A DNA stretch of 64,000 bases from Octopus vulgaris (lineage: Eukaryota): assembly GCA_951406725.2 (NCBI GenBank), contig OX597843.1:17546001-17610000 (forward strand). Direction: 5' to 3'. Position numbers and translations under genes: made by a program. The notes under the pieces are model-generated. The model was not told where the DNA came from, searched no databases, and was given only the letters and a program-made list of their open reading frames with translations. Below are positions 1 to 12,336 of this stretch, one piece after another; positions within the stretch are counted from its first letter, which is position 1; each line of letters begins with the position of its first letter.

Positions 1-287
1 CCGCGCTTATATGTGTATTTGTATATGTATCTCTCTCTCTCTCTCTATCTATCTGCCTGTCTGTCTGTCTGTCTGTCTTTGTCTCTCACGCATATACATA
101 TATATGCATATAAATATGTGTGTGTATGTCAGTGTGTTTATGTTTGTGTGTATGTTAGTGTGTGCGTGTGTGTATACGTTGGTATGGTTAGATTAGTGTA
201 TGACAATATTTAAAGATAATCTGCGCGAATCATAGTTTAAGAGATTTGCGGTATCTAAACCAATTCAGCTGAATAAAAGAATTCACC

Positions 288-289
288 AC

Positions 290-338
<49 letters not shown>

Positions 339-520
339 GTCATCACCATCGTCTTCACTGTAATAATAACGATGATGATGATGATGATGATGATATTATT
401 ATCATAAATTTTGTCATTATCATCATCATCATTATCATCATCATCATTGTCATCATCGTCGCCGTCATCATCATCATCGTCATCACCATCGTCATCACTG
501 TAATAACGATGATGATGATA

Positions 521-566
<46 letters not shown>

Positions 567-670
567 CAATGATATTATTATCATAGATTTTGTCATTATC
601 ATCTCATCATTGTCATCGCCGTCACCGTCGTCGTCATCTTCATCATCATCATCATCATCATCATCATTAT
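288..670. repeat. (CAT)n/(GAT)n compound microsatellite with an internal ~130-bp duplication
   Basis: Trinucleotide runs; the block cactgtaataa...tattattatcata(a/g)attttgtcattatc occurs twice. Confidence 0.9.
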
Positions 671-688
671 TTGTAGTAGTACTTCATC

Positions 689-729
<41 letters not shown>

Positions 730-1064
730 GTCCCTGTGTTTTTCTTTCAAATATTTATTCCCAAACAGTTCCCCCTTTCTTCACCAATGAATAATGTATA
801 ACAATTCATTTGTTTTCGCCGAACCCCCGCGGCCCCAATAAAATATTCAACGCCCATTATGAACGGCAGCAGCGTGTCAAACTGTCCGCTCATCACGACG
901 ACACTCGGCAATCTCCGGCCTTCTTCGTCACGACGCTCGGCAATCTCCGGCCTTCTTCGTCAGTCACCACTTCATTCCATCAAACGAAAGGTTCTCATCA
1001 AAGCGCAGCGTTTCGCCTTTGCATTCTCTTCAGTTTGCCATGACAGAAGCACTTTCATCTTGTA

Positions 1065-1370
1065 TATTTTACTTGTTGAAGTCATGGGACTGCGGCCATG
1101 CTGGGGCACAGCCTTGAAGAATTTTAGTCGAATGAATCGCCTCATCCATCACTACTTTTTTTTTTTTTATAAAAAGCTGGTATGTGTTCTATCCCTGTCT
1201 TTTGCTGAACCGCTAAGTTATGGGGACGCAAGCACGCAAATCAAGTCTAGTCCCTTTTTTTCCGCATAAGTCTGGTATTTATTCAATCGGCCTCTTGCTC
1301 TTCGAACTGAAAAGTTACGGGGACATAAGCCAACCAACACCGGTTGTCAAACGGTGGTGGAAAACGAACA
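1065..1370 (-). mobile_element. Degenerate 3' part of SINE family A
   Basis: ttttacttgtt..gtcat..gactgcggccatgctggggcac and gaaccgctaagtta match the reverse complement of fuller copies (e.g. 58649-59050). Confidence 0.75.
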
Positions 1371-1371
1371 C

Positions 1372-1407
<36 letters not shown>

Positions 1408-1444
1408 ACAAACACACACAGACACACACGCACAAACACACACA

Positions 1445-1556
<112 letters not shown>

Positions 1557-1570
1557 AAAACACACACACA

Positions 1571-1633
<63 letters not shown>

Positions 1634-1820
1634 ACACACACTCTCTCTCTCTCTCACACACACACACACATACAGCCATTCCAAATGTAAATAGACACTC
1701 ATTCGATGAATTTTAGCTTTTAGTTGGCAAGCCATGCGCAGTTTTTAATGATTTAACTCGTTTGGGTGTTGTACAAATGGAGAAGATCCGAACAGATACG
1801 ACGCTACAATGAAGAATGTC

Positions 1821-1970
1821 TACGAGCAGTGCTGAAAATGTCCGGCCTGCAAGGAAATGGCGAAAGGCCAGGTTGGAGGGCCGAACTTGCGAGTTGGTTT
1901 ACAAGGCTTAGAAAAACTGAAGGACCGCTGCAATGACTTTGTGAATCTGTTGAATAAAATCATAATTTTA
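1821..1970 (+). mobile_element. Mariner-derived MITE fragment
   Basis: TA + cgagcagtgctgaaaa TIR-like start; encodes GLEKLKDRCN-like mariner transposase C-terminus; related copies at 10369-10510 and 49583-49790. Confidence 0.7.
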
Positions 1971-1996
1971 TAAAATCGTAGTTTTGAGCTGTCAGT

Positions 1997-2053
<57 letters not shown>

Positions 2054-2056
<3 letters not shown>

Positions 2057-2370
2057 AGCACTCCGTCGGTTACGACGACGAGGGTCCCAGCTCATACGAT
2101 CAACGGAACAGCTCGCTCGTGAAATTAACGTGTATGTGGCTGAGACACGTGTACCCTTAACGTAGTTCTGAAGGAGATTCAGAGTGACACAGAGTGTGAC
2201 AAGGCTGGCCCTTTTGAAATACAGGTACAATTAATTTTTGGCAGATGAGAAGACTGGAAGAACGTGAAGTAAAGTATCTTGCTCAAGGACACAGCGCGTC
2301 ACAGGGAATTAAACTCACGACCTTACGATTATGAGCAGAATGTCCTAACCATTAAGCCACGCGCCTTCAC
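2054..2370 (-). mobile_element. tRNA-derived SINE family B (CORE-like central domain)
   Basis: Minus strand reads gtgaaggcgcgtggcttaatggttagg (A box), gtgagtttaattccc (B box), cttgagcaagatactttacttcacgtt. Confidence 0.8.
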
Positions 2371-3074
2371 TATATATCTATATTTATATTTATATCACAG
2401 CTTCTGGATAATGATTCATTCAGTACAGCTGTTTCTAACGAGTTTTTCTTGATAAATAAAGATATTACATCACGCGGAAAAAAAAAACCGTTTTCATCAG
2501 GTGAATATACACCATTTACACATTTGAAAGAGTTTGTGTCACTTCATGATTAATAGTTAAAAGAACCTTGAACTTTTAACCCCCCCGCCCACGCGCACAC
2601 ACACGTATATATGTTGATTCCCCAGAAGCGATAGATCCCAGGACTCAATACAAATGTCTAGTATTCGTTAATACATTATATCTAAAAGGCTTCGACTTCC
2701 GGTGTCCAGAGTTTCTCGTTTGCGATCAACAGCAGGTAAACCGAGTCTGCTTTTCTTTAGAATCATTCGTTGTCTGAATATTTTTTTCGAAATATGAAAT
2801 GAAAGTTTGAAGAAAACGGCTGTCCTTATGTTCTGTCGTCTGAAAACATTTGTGAACGACATCAGTGAAAGCGGCTGCTTCAAGCCCACCCAGCAGCATT
2901 GGAAACCAGATGGTTGGGAAGCAGGTTTCTGAGATACAGAATCAACCTCTGCGCATAATTATTCATAAAAAGCTTTTGTACTTCTTCAAATAACTGTAGA
3001 AATGAACGAGGAAATTGTTCAAATGTGAGTAGATGCATAAAGCAAAACATACAAATCTGCATTCATGCATATTT

Positions 3075-3482
3075 CTTTCTTTTCTTTTACTTGTTTCAGT
3101 CATTTGACTGCGGCCATGCTGGAGCACCGCCTTTACTCGAGCAAATCGACCCCGGGACTTATTCTTTGTAAGCCCAGTACTTATTCTATCGGTCTCTTTT
3201 TGCCGAACCGCTATGTGACGGAGACGTAAACACACCAGCATCGGGTTGTCAAGCAATGCTAGGGAGACAAACACAGACACACAAACACACACACATACAT
3301 ATATATATACATATATACGCCGGGCTTCTTTCAGTTTTCGTCTATCAAATCTACTCACAAGGCATTGGTCGGCCCGGGGCTATAGCAGAAGACACTTGCC
3401 CAAGATGCCACGCAGTGGGACTGAACCCGGAACCCTGTGGCTGGTTAGCAAGCTACTTACCACACAGCCACTCCTGCGCCTA
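3075..3482 (-). mobile_element. Full-length tRNA-derived SINE family A
   Basis: Head ggcgcaggagtggctgtgtggtaag (A box), ggttccgggttcagtccc (B box), internal TA/TG tract, tail cagcatggccgcagtcaaatgactgaaacaagtaaaag; many near-identical copies in the window. Confidence 0.9.
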
Positions 3483-4099
3483 TATACATACATACATACA
3501 TACATACATACATACATACAAACAAAAATATCCTATTGTTAATGTTGAAATTCCAATGAGGAAGCTTTGGATCTAGATTAGAAACCAGCTCTTTATTAGT
3601 AAGAAATCTTGAAATAAACTGATCAATGATGTACATAGTGTCTGTGTGTATGTGAGTGTGTGTGTGTCTGTATATATACGTACAGCGATGTTTATAGTCT
3701 TATTGAATTATGGGTTCAGGTTTGAGTCCCCTTACAGCAACAGGTTTTGCATCTATGCTTGCGCTAGACAACTGGAAGGAAGTCGAGATGGATCAAATAT
3801 ATTTTTAACTAACATACATATATATAATTATAGTAAAATAAATCGTACTTACCCTGAGAGCGCCATTGTGAATGAGCCCCTTCAAGACCAGTCTTGGACA
3901 GAGTTTGCAAAGTGCCGGGTAAGTATCCTGGTTGTTGGTAATTGTAGTAGGAGCAGTAGTAGTGGTGTTGGTGTTGGTAGTAGTGTTAGTTGCAGTCGTG
4001 GAAAAAGAGGTGGGTTGTGGAGAACGCGGGGGTTGAGAAGGGAAGAAAAGAAGAGAAACACAATGGAGTTAGCAGATGGAGGAAACTGGATGAGGACTT

Positions 4100-4104
4100 G
4101 ATTG

Positions 4105-4141
<37 letters not shown>

Positions 4142-4680
4142 AATTATGATGGTGACGACGACGACGATATTGATTATAATGATGACGATGATGATGGTGA
4201 CAATGGTGATGATGGTGACGATGGTGATGATGGTGACGATGGTGATGATGTTGATGATGGTGATGGTGATGATGATGATGGTGATGACGATGATGATGAT
4301 GGGGATGATGGTGATGATGGTGATGATGGTGATTGGTGATGGTGATGATGATGGTGATGGTGATGATGGTGATGATGACGATAATGATGATGATGATGGT
4401 GGTGGTGATGGTGATGATGGTGATGATGATGATGGTGATGATGATGGTGATAATGACGATGATGATGATTATGATGATGATGATGGCGACAACGATGATG
4501 AGTGATAATGGTGAATATGCTGATGAAAACAGTGATGAAAATGATCACGATGGTGATGATGATGACGACGACGACGATGATGATGGTGATGATGATGAGG
4601 AGGACGATGGCGATTATCATGAAGAGGATAATGATAATGATAATGCTGCTGCCGTTGCTGTTGTTAATGATGATGATGAT
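4100..4680. repeat. (GAT)n/(GGT)n compound microsatellite
   Basis: Trinucleotide low-complexity tract. Confidence 0.95.
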
Positions 4681-4737
4681 GTGCGTGTGTGTGTGTAAAA
4701 AATCGACAGCCGTCACTCACGAGTGATATTATACATA

Positions 4738-4885
4738 GTGAGGGCGCATGGCCGAGTGGTTAGGGTGATGGTCGCGCGATCGGGGTTTCGATCCCCAGAC
4801 CGTGTGGTGAATTATGTTGTTGAGCAAAACACTTCACCTCACATTGCTTTGCGATCATTCCTCCACCTGACGCGCGCACACAGTG
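4738..4885 (+). mobile_element. SINE family B head (degenerate)
   Basis: gtgagggcgcatggccgagtggttagg...ggtttcgatcccc...ttgagcaaaacactt. Confidence 0.7.
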
Positions 4886-4904
4886 CAGCTGTTCGATTTT
4901 ATAA

Positions 4905-4941
<37 letters not shown>

Positions 4942-4968
4942 AACACACACACACACAAACACACAGAG

Positions 4969-5001
<33 letters not shown>

Positions 5002-5026
5002 CAAACACACAGAGATACGCACACAA

Positions 5027-5059
<33 letters not shown>

Positions 5060-5111
5060 CACACACACGCAAACACACACACACAAACACATACACATAC
5101 AAAAACACACA

Positions 5112-5150
<39 letters not shown>

Positions 5151-5153
5151 ACA

Positions 5154-5197
<44 letters not shown>

Positions 5198-5260
5198 TGA
5201 ATCTATAAGTGTACATCTATCCATCTATCGATCTCCATAGATACACACATGCAAATATAC

Positions 5261-5542
5261 TGTTGTGTCTGTGGAGAGTGATTCTCTTTTAGAGCCTTAT
5301 AATTTAACACACACACCGGTTAAGTTTCCACTCATTTACTTATTTGTTTCAATAGTTGTTGAAAAGGTCGCAAGAAACAATGAAAATTTTAGAAAAATAA
5401 ATAAATAAATGAGTGGAAACGATAACAGTGAGTGTGATAAATTAATAAGGCACCAAAAGAGAATGACTCTCCCCACACACAACAAAACATGCTTCAACAC
5501 ACGAACTCACACAAAGAATCTTGAAAACCAAATCCAAAAACG

Positions 5543-5545
<3 letters not shown>
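5261..5545. mobile_element. Degenerate foldback insert (arms ~5261-5346 / ~5397-5484), probably Penelope-derived
   Basis: Imperfect inverted arms; the terminus ttcaacacacga..cac..aaa.aatcttg resembles the terminus at 31928-31960; abuts (TA)n. Confidence 0.55.
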
Positions 5546-5586
<41 letters not shown>

Positions 5587-5769
5587 CACATACATATATA
5601 TATATATGTATGTATATACACACACACATATATGTATACACACACACACGTACATATATACACACACACGCATGTATATACACATACACACACATATATA
5701 CACACACACATATATATACACACACATATATATATATACACACATATATATATACACACACATACACAC

Positions 5770-5800
<31 letters not shown>

Positions 5801-6373
5801 CACACACATATATACTCGTATACACTCACACACACATACGCACGTTCATATTTATATAGAGTATGGGTTTCTACTCAGTTTCCGCCAACCAAATTTACTC
5901 TCCAGTCACCGGCCGGCCTGGGTCTATAACAAGACACAATTGCCGAGGGTGGGACTGAACGTGGAACCACATGGTTGAAAAGCGGGTTTCTTAACCCCCC
6001 CCCCCACCTGTGTGTGTGTGTGTGTGTGTGTGTGGATACATACATTTATATGTATGTATGCATGTATGCATATATGTATGTATGCATGAATGTATGTGTG
6101 TATGTATGTATGTATGTATGTATGTATGTATGTATGTATGTGTATATGTGTGGTTGTGAAGTGCCATCGTCTCGTTGGTCTCGTTCGTCATCATACTTAC
6201 TTCACAGCGTTCCTGTGCCATGCCACTTACCTTGGGAGACTGGTGCCGCCTGTGAGGTCCACGGTGATTTCGAAAAGGATGGATCTATGGAGGAAAGGAG
6301 AGGGAGACACATTGAGAAAATCAAAGGGAGAGAGGGAGAGAGAGAGAAAGGGGGAGAGAGGGAAGGATATATG

Positions 6374-6475
<102 letters not shown>

Positions 6476-6602
6476 ATAGAAAGATATATCTTGTATATTA
6501 ATCAAAAGTTTAACCGATACCTTAGTAGCAAAAATAGTAAAACAGCACGGTTGGAGGTATATGGTGTTGCAACCGTGCGTTGGTGCGGATAATTGAAATT
6601 AG

Positions 6603-6742
6603 AACATTATTGGTGAATTATAGCTATTGAACAGAAATCGTTTTATTTCATTCTACACGTGTTTCGAAAGGCACGTGTAGAATGAAATAAAACGATTTCT
6701 GTTCAATCTGCGTTGCTCCATTTCTTCAATTCACCAATAATG

Positions 6743-6745
<3 letters not shown>
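6603..6745. mobile_element. Foldback insert carrying the 3' half of a hammerhead motif
   Basis: Perfect 36-bp arms 6626-6661/6672-6707 plus 17-bp outer arms 6603-6619/6728-6744; minus strand reads CGAAAC-ACGT-GTA; followed by (TA)n. Confidence 0.65.
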
Positions 6746-6779
<34 letters not shown>

Positions 6780-6780
<1 letters not shown>

Positions 6781-7056
6781 CGTGATCACGTGACCGACCA
6801 GACCATCAGATGTTGTTCCAAATCGCTGGTCACAATGCGCTTCGCATTGTTTTAGCCTTCGAATGACGCCACCCCGCTGGCTAAGCGAGCAGGCCAACAG
6901 AAGAAAGAGTGGTGAAAGAGTACAGCAGGGATCACCCACCCCTGCCGGAGCCTCGTGGAGCTTTAATGTGTTTTCGCTCAATAAACACTCACAACGCCCG
7001 GTCTGGGAATCGAAACCGCGATCCTGCGACCGCGAGTCCGCTGCCCATTGCGCCTC

Positions 7057-7059
<3 letters not shown>
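6780..7059 (-). mobile_element. tRNA-derived SINE (family B head, alternative body)
   Basis: Minus strand gtggaggcgcaatgg...cgcggtttcgattcccagaccgggcg...ttattgagcgaaaacac. Confidence 0.75.
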
Positions 7060-7130
<71 letters not shown>

Positions 7131-8000
7131 AAGACTGGGACCACGGGCCATACGTCCCCTGCCCAATTCAAGATCACAACATACATGTACACTGCAACAT
7201 AATTTCAGGGGAACCGCTCACAGCCTCTAACAATATCAGAGACCTGGGTGTAATTGTTGATGACGATCTCAGTTGGAGTGCACACATCAACAAGAAGGTC
7301 GATATAGCTCGTAGGATGAGTTCCTGGATCTTAAGAACTTTCCGGTCCAGAGAACAAGGTGTCATCATACCACTTTTTTCCTCCTTTGTACGACCACACC
7401 TTGAATACTGCTGCCCACTGTGGTCTCCCCATACAAGAAAAAACATCTCCAGAATTGAGTCACCCCAGAGGGCACTCACTAAACGAATTGAAGGCATGGC
7501 TGCTCTCGATTATTGGGATCGCCTTAAAGCCTTGAAACTTTACTCCCTCCAGCGTCGCCGTGAGCGGTACATCATTTGTACGATGTGGAGAATATACCGC
7601 CAACTTTGCCCAAACGACCTTAACATTAGCTTCAAGGTTCATCCAAGACTGGGACCACGGGCCATACGTCCCCTGCCCAATTCAAGATCACAACATACAT
7701 GTACACTGCAACATAATTTCTTTTCCTCAACAGGCCCTGCCCTATTTAACATTGTCCCGAGGGAGATCAAAGAGGAAAAGGATCCCATCAACTTTAAACG
7801 GAGTCTGGATAGATTCCTTTAAAGAATACCAGATAAGCCACCCATAATTGGATACAACTCACCCAACAAGAACTCACAACTTGAACAAAACTTGACTTAA
7901 ACAGGATTCGAATAATCCTATCAGGTGGTGCTATTAAGTTAGACATGGCCTGGACCAATCTTTGGTCGAAACATATCTAAGTTTTATCTAAGTTCTAAGT
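7131..8000 (+). mobile_element. 5'-truncated CR1/L2-type LINE (RT C-terminus, 3' UTR, tatctaagtt-type tail)
   Basis: RDLGVIVDDDLSWSAHI, VRPHLEYCCPLWSP, YWDRLKALKLYSLQRRRERY, FKRSLDRFL motifs; stem-loop gacc..ggtc before the repeated tail. Confidence 0.9.
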
Positions 8001-8229
8001 TTTATTATATATATAGTTAGGTACAATAAATTCAGGGTGAATACTATATCGAGTGAAAAAACTGTATGGACGATTTGTTTTGGAGTCTAATAATACCAAG
8101 GACGCCTATGAAGATTTACAAACATTCTTTCCCAGTGATACTCGGTTTACCTACCATTATAAACAATACCAAATGTTTTTTCTCAAACCTTTTATAATGT
8201 GATACAAGTCTTTGGTGTAGCAATTGCAC

Positions 8230-8322
8230 GCGGCTGAAGAAGGCTTTTGATCTATCTGTTATATCGATTGTGCATTGATGTAAGAATAAGTTGTTCTATA
8301 AAGCCCGAAACATATGTAACGC
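8230..8322 (+). ncRNA. Minimal type-I hammerhead ribozyme-like motif (Penelope type)
   Basis: CTGAAGA (8234), stem II GGCTTT/AAAGCC with long loop, GAAAC-ATAT-GTA (palindromic stem III, GUA site); stem I weak (gcg/cgc). Confidence 0.6.
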
Positions 8323-8417
8323 AACATCTTTTGCGTCCTGTTTTTCATTTATTTCATTTGATACACACACACACGCACACACACATATATATATGTATAT
8401 ATATATATATTATATAA

Positions 8418-8570
8418 TTAGGGCTTAGTAAAATAAATTACTTTGCACATACTGAACTTTCTAGAAATAGCACAAAAAGTTTTTTGCCACCACTTTAAGA
8501 AAACAGTGGAAGAGGAACTATTTCTAGAAAGTTCAGTATGTGGCAAGTAATTTATTTTACTAAGCCCTAA
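8418..8570. repeat. Inverted repeat (53-bp arms) in an insert between TA tracts
   Basis: Arms 8418-8470 / 8518-8570; nearby direct repeat tttacatactgaata...attaattttaccctc at ~8594 and ~8871. Confidence 0.75.
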
Positions 8571-8651
8571 AAAATGTTTTTTAGCCTTTTCCTTTTACAT
8601 ACTGAATACTTGGTAAATTGATTAATAACTAATTAATTTTACCCTCAGTGG

Positions 8652-8689
<38 letters not shown>

Positions 8690-8990
8690 CGTATTTACAT
8701 ACCGAAAAGTTAATTGTTGGTTACATGATAAACCACAGGAAAATTATTTACCATTGTTATTGAATTACCATGTGGATTCCTCATTCCATTACGATTACCC
8801 AGAAAGCGCGCTAATTTTGGAGGGAAAATTTATAATGTAACATATTTTGAATTTGCCTTAAATGGTCCTATTTACATACTGAATATTTCTTGGTCCAGAA
8901 ACAAATTGATTAATAACTAATTAATTTTACCCTCGTTTTGGATTCTCCACTTATAGAAATTGGAAAAACGGTCTTTGACTGCCATTTCTA

Positions 8991-9051
<61 letters not shown>

Positions 9052-9494
9052 TTATAAATAAACACACACACATATAAAGGTAAAGTGCAAGGCTTCAAGG
9101 TGTAGGAAGCTAGTAAGCTTCAAGAAATCCATAATAGAATGTATAAAAAAACAACCTTCAAGGACAACAGGGGCTTATTGACGTAGAAGGTTGTAAATTT
9201 TTGCCACATCAGAGTTTGGTCGCTGAAACAAGTAATTTTAATGTTTACGGTTAGCAACTGGGGTTGCTGTGTATGCGAACTGAAACCCCACATTACAGAA
9301 TGGAATACAATCTCCCGCTAGTCAACATGGGATCTCTTAACGACAATGTAAACTTTTGATTAAGGTACTCTTGACCCGACGAGTGGCTTGCAGATGATCC
9401 CTTGTTTGGCTAATTACTACTTCCGAGGTTTTGCTAGGAAACATATGAAGACTGAATTTTCTCTAATTCTTAATTTTGGATACATGTATGGAGA

Positions 9495-9635
9495 GTTCAA
9501 ATTAACAGAAAACAAAAGACGAAAACAGGTGAATGAACAACAAACAGGTGTATTAGTTTAACGCTCGGGAAGAATGGAAAAGTCTTTGACGTTTCGAGCC
9601 CAGGCTCTTCGACAGAAAGGATTAGGATGGGGAAA
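9495..9635 (-). mobile_element. Short TA-associated repeat carrying a hammerhead-like motif (9584-9619)
   Basis: Minus: cttt-CTGTCGA-a-GAGC-ctgg-GCTC-GAAAC-GTC-aaag; homologous to 31510-31645 and 32110-32290. Confidence 0.65.
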
Positions 9636-9652
9636 TTATATATATATATATG

Positions 9653-9706
<54 letters not shown>

Positions 9707-9785
9707 AATATATACATATATATCTGTCTTATATACATATATATACATATATATCTGTCTTATATACATATATATACATATATAT

Positions 9786-9954
9786 CTGTCTTCCCTTTTT
9801 GGGATCTTTCCTTCTCCTATGTTTCCGAAGAAGAGCTCCGCTCGAAACGTTAAACCCTCCTTCTTCCCTTCTTTCCTGAGCGTCCAATAACATTTTATTT
9901 GCTCCACGTCCTCGCGTTGTTGTGTTTTTTTGTGTTTTCTTGTTTGGATTAACT

Positions 9955-9955
<1 letters not shown>
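9786..9955 (+). mobile_element. Short TA-associated repeat carrying a hammerhead-like motif (9821-9855)
   Basis: gttt-CCGAAGA-a-GAG-ctccg-CTC-GAAAC-GTT-aaac; homologous to 34418-34620 and 60417-60625. Confidence 0.7.
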
Positions 9956-10019
<64 letters not shown>

Positions 10020-10066
10020 ATGTGTGTGTGTGTGTGTATGTGTGCGTATATGTATACATGTATATA

Positions 10067-10335
10067 GGAGCACTCCGTCGCTTGCGACGACGAAGGTCAG
10101 CGGAACAGTTTGCTCGTGAAATTAACGTGCAAGTGGCTGAGTACTCCCTAGACATGTGTACCGTTAACGTAGTTCCCAGGGAGTTCCAGCGTAACACAGA
10201 GTGTGACAAGGCTGGCCCTTTGAAATACAGGTGGTACTACTCATTTTTGTCTGCTGAGTGGACTGGAGCAATGTGAAGTGTCTTGCTCTAGGGCATTACG
10301 ATTGTAATGCCCTAGACACTAATCCACGCGGTTTC
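10067..10335 (-). mobile_element. SINE family B copy
   Basis: Homologous to 2054-2370. Confidence 0.75.
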
Positions 10336-10368
10336 ACACACACACACACACACACACACATACATATA

Positions 10369-10510
10369 TACAAGAGGGGTACTGAAAAGTTCCTGGTTTT
10401 AAGGGTTTCACAAGAGGCCAGGTTGAAAGCCCAGCCTTCAAAGTTCTTTTGCAGGGTTTAGATAGACTGAAGGACGACTGCAATATGTGTGTGAGTATGT
10501 TTAATAAAAT
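10369..10510 (+). mobile_element. Mariner-derived MITE fragment
   Basis: Homologous to 1821-1970 (ctgaaaagttcctgg TIR; ctgaaggac..ctgcaat). Confidence 0.7.
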
Positions 10511-10716
10511 CATAATTAACTGATCTTCCTTTTTTTTTCTTTTGCTCACCTTCACACGAAACCCCGGTATACCTAATTCAGCGTTATGAAAGATGCTGGC
10601 TGGGGTTATCGCATGCGTATTTATACTAATGTGGTGGGGCTCTATCTTGCTGTATAATGAAGTAAGGGACGTCTTCTTCCAACTGGGGCAACAACCAAAG
10701 GGACAATATATCGAGA

Positions 10717-11629
10717 TACGAGGTGGTGTCAAAAAGTTCCCGGACTCGTTCTGTAGCACGCCAACAGATGGCAGCACGCGGTTGTGTGCACAGTGAGGGC
10801 TAGCAGTGACCTTCATGAGGCAGTGTGCTGAGTGACTTTGCTTGTGTTTAGTTTGGAAGTTGTGAAATTTTTGCTTTTGTGATCACGTGTGTTTGCTCGA
10901 GTCTTCGGTTTTGTCATGGACAAGAACAAAGAGACAGCGGGAAATTCTTCACTAAACTTGGGAAGTCTGCTCCAGAGACATTGAGCATGCTTCGGTAAGG
11001 TTACAGCGACGTGGCAAAGGGCCGCACGCAATGTTTTGAGTGACACGGGCGCTTCAAAAGCCGAAGAATGTCCCTGGAAGATGATGAACAATCTGGAAGA
11101 CCTGCCACGAGTGTCAGCCCTGGGAATGAGGAATTGTGCATCGAGGATTCGATCCCCCAGAAGCAGACGGCGGCCAATCGAAAGTTCTACTGTGACCTTT
11201 TGAAGCATTTGAAGGAGGAGATTCGATGGAAGGGACCGGATCCGTCCAGCGTCAACAACTGGGTTCTTCACGACTACAACACATCCTGTCGCCGAACTCT
11301 CATCTCTCGTGAGTTTCTCACCATAACCAACAGGGTATCACTTCCGCACTCGCCCTGTTCATCAGATTTAGCACCTGCGGGCTTCCATATTTTCCCCGAG
11401 ATGAAAATGTAGCTCATTTTAACACATTGAGCGAATCGCAGAAAGTGTCCGATTCGCTTACGGAAAAGGACTTTCCGGCTGGATTCTAAAAGTGGCGGGA
11501 AAGCCGGGACCGGTGTAGTGCTGTGCAGGGGGACTATTTCGAAGGGGATATTGCTAAAACTTAGGGAAATAAGTTATTATTTGTTTTTATTAAACAACTA
11601 GTCCGGGAATCTTTCGATACCACTTCGTA
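10717..11629 (+). mobile_element. Internally deleted mariner (Tc1/mariner) transposon relic
   Basis: TA-flanked imperfect TIRs cgaggtggtgtcaaaaagttcccggact / agtccgggaatctttcgataccacttcg; transposase remnants SLEDDEQSGRP, WVLHDYN, LPHSPCSSDLAPAGF (YSPDLAP-like). Confidence 0.9.
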
Positions 11630-11669
11630 GGTGAATCCTGTAACTGTGGACCAATTCTTTAGAATTAAT

Positions 11670-12064
11670 ACTCTTTACTCTTTTACTTGTTTCAGTCATT
11701 TGACCGCGGCCATGCTGGAGCACCGCCTTTAATCGAGCAACTCGACCCCGGGACTTATTCTTTTGCAAGCCCAGTACTTATTCTATCGGTCTCTTTTGCC
11801 GAACCGCTAAGTAACGGGGACATAAACACACCAGCATCGGTTGTCAAGCAATGCTAGGGAGACAAACACAGACACACAAACACATATATATACATATATA
11901 CGACGGGCTTCTTTCAGTTTCCGTCTACCAAATCCACTCACAAGGCTTTGGTCGGCCCGAGGCTATAGTAGAAGACACTTGCCCAAGGTGCCACGCAGTG
12001 GGACTGAACTCGGAACCATGTGGTTGGTAAACAAGCTACTTACCACACAGCCACTCCTGCGCCT
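11670..12064 (-). mobile_element. Full-length SINE family A
   Basis: Near-identical to 3075-3482. Confidence 0.9.
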
Positions 12065-12074
12065 ATGTATGTAT

Positions 12075-12180
12075 GTGTTTAATACCTTGCCAAAATATCT
12101 GAGGGATCTTGATGGGGTAGGGGCGGATTTTTTCAAGAATCAACTTGACGTCCTGCTACCCTAAGTTCCAGATGAAACAC
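12075..12180 (+). mobile_element. CR1/L2 LINE 3' remnant
   Basis: FNTLPKYLRDL...FFKNQLDVLL.(stop)VPD resembles the C-terminus of the LINE at 7131-8000. Confidence 0.55.
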
Positions 12181-12336
12181 AACATTTGGGCTCAAACGCA
12201 AAAAAGAATATATATATAAGGATAGCGTGAAGTAGTTTCATATCTCTGCATATATATACATGTATAAACACAAATATATACGTAAAAATATACAAAAAAA
12301 TATAAGCATAAATATACGCACGTATACAGAAATATC

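Noticed and set aside
3912-3927. U1 snRNA-like 5' end (ATACTTACCCGGCA on minus)
   Set aside because: Only about 14 nt match; it is the complement of a splice-donor-like word.
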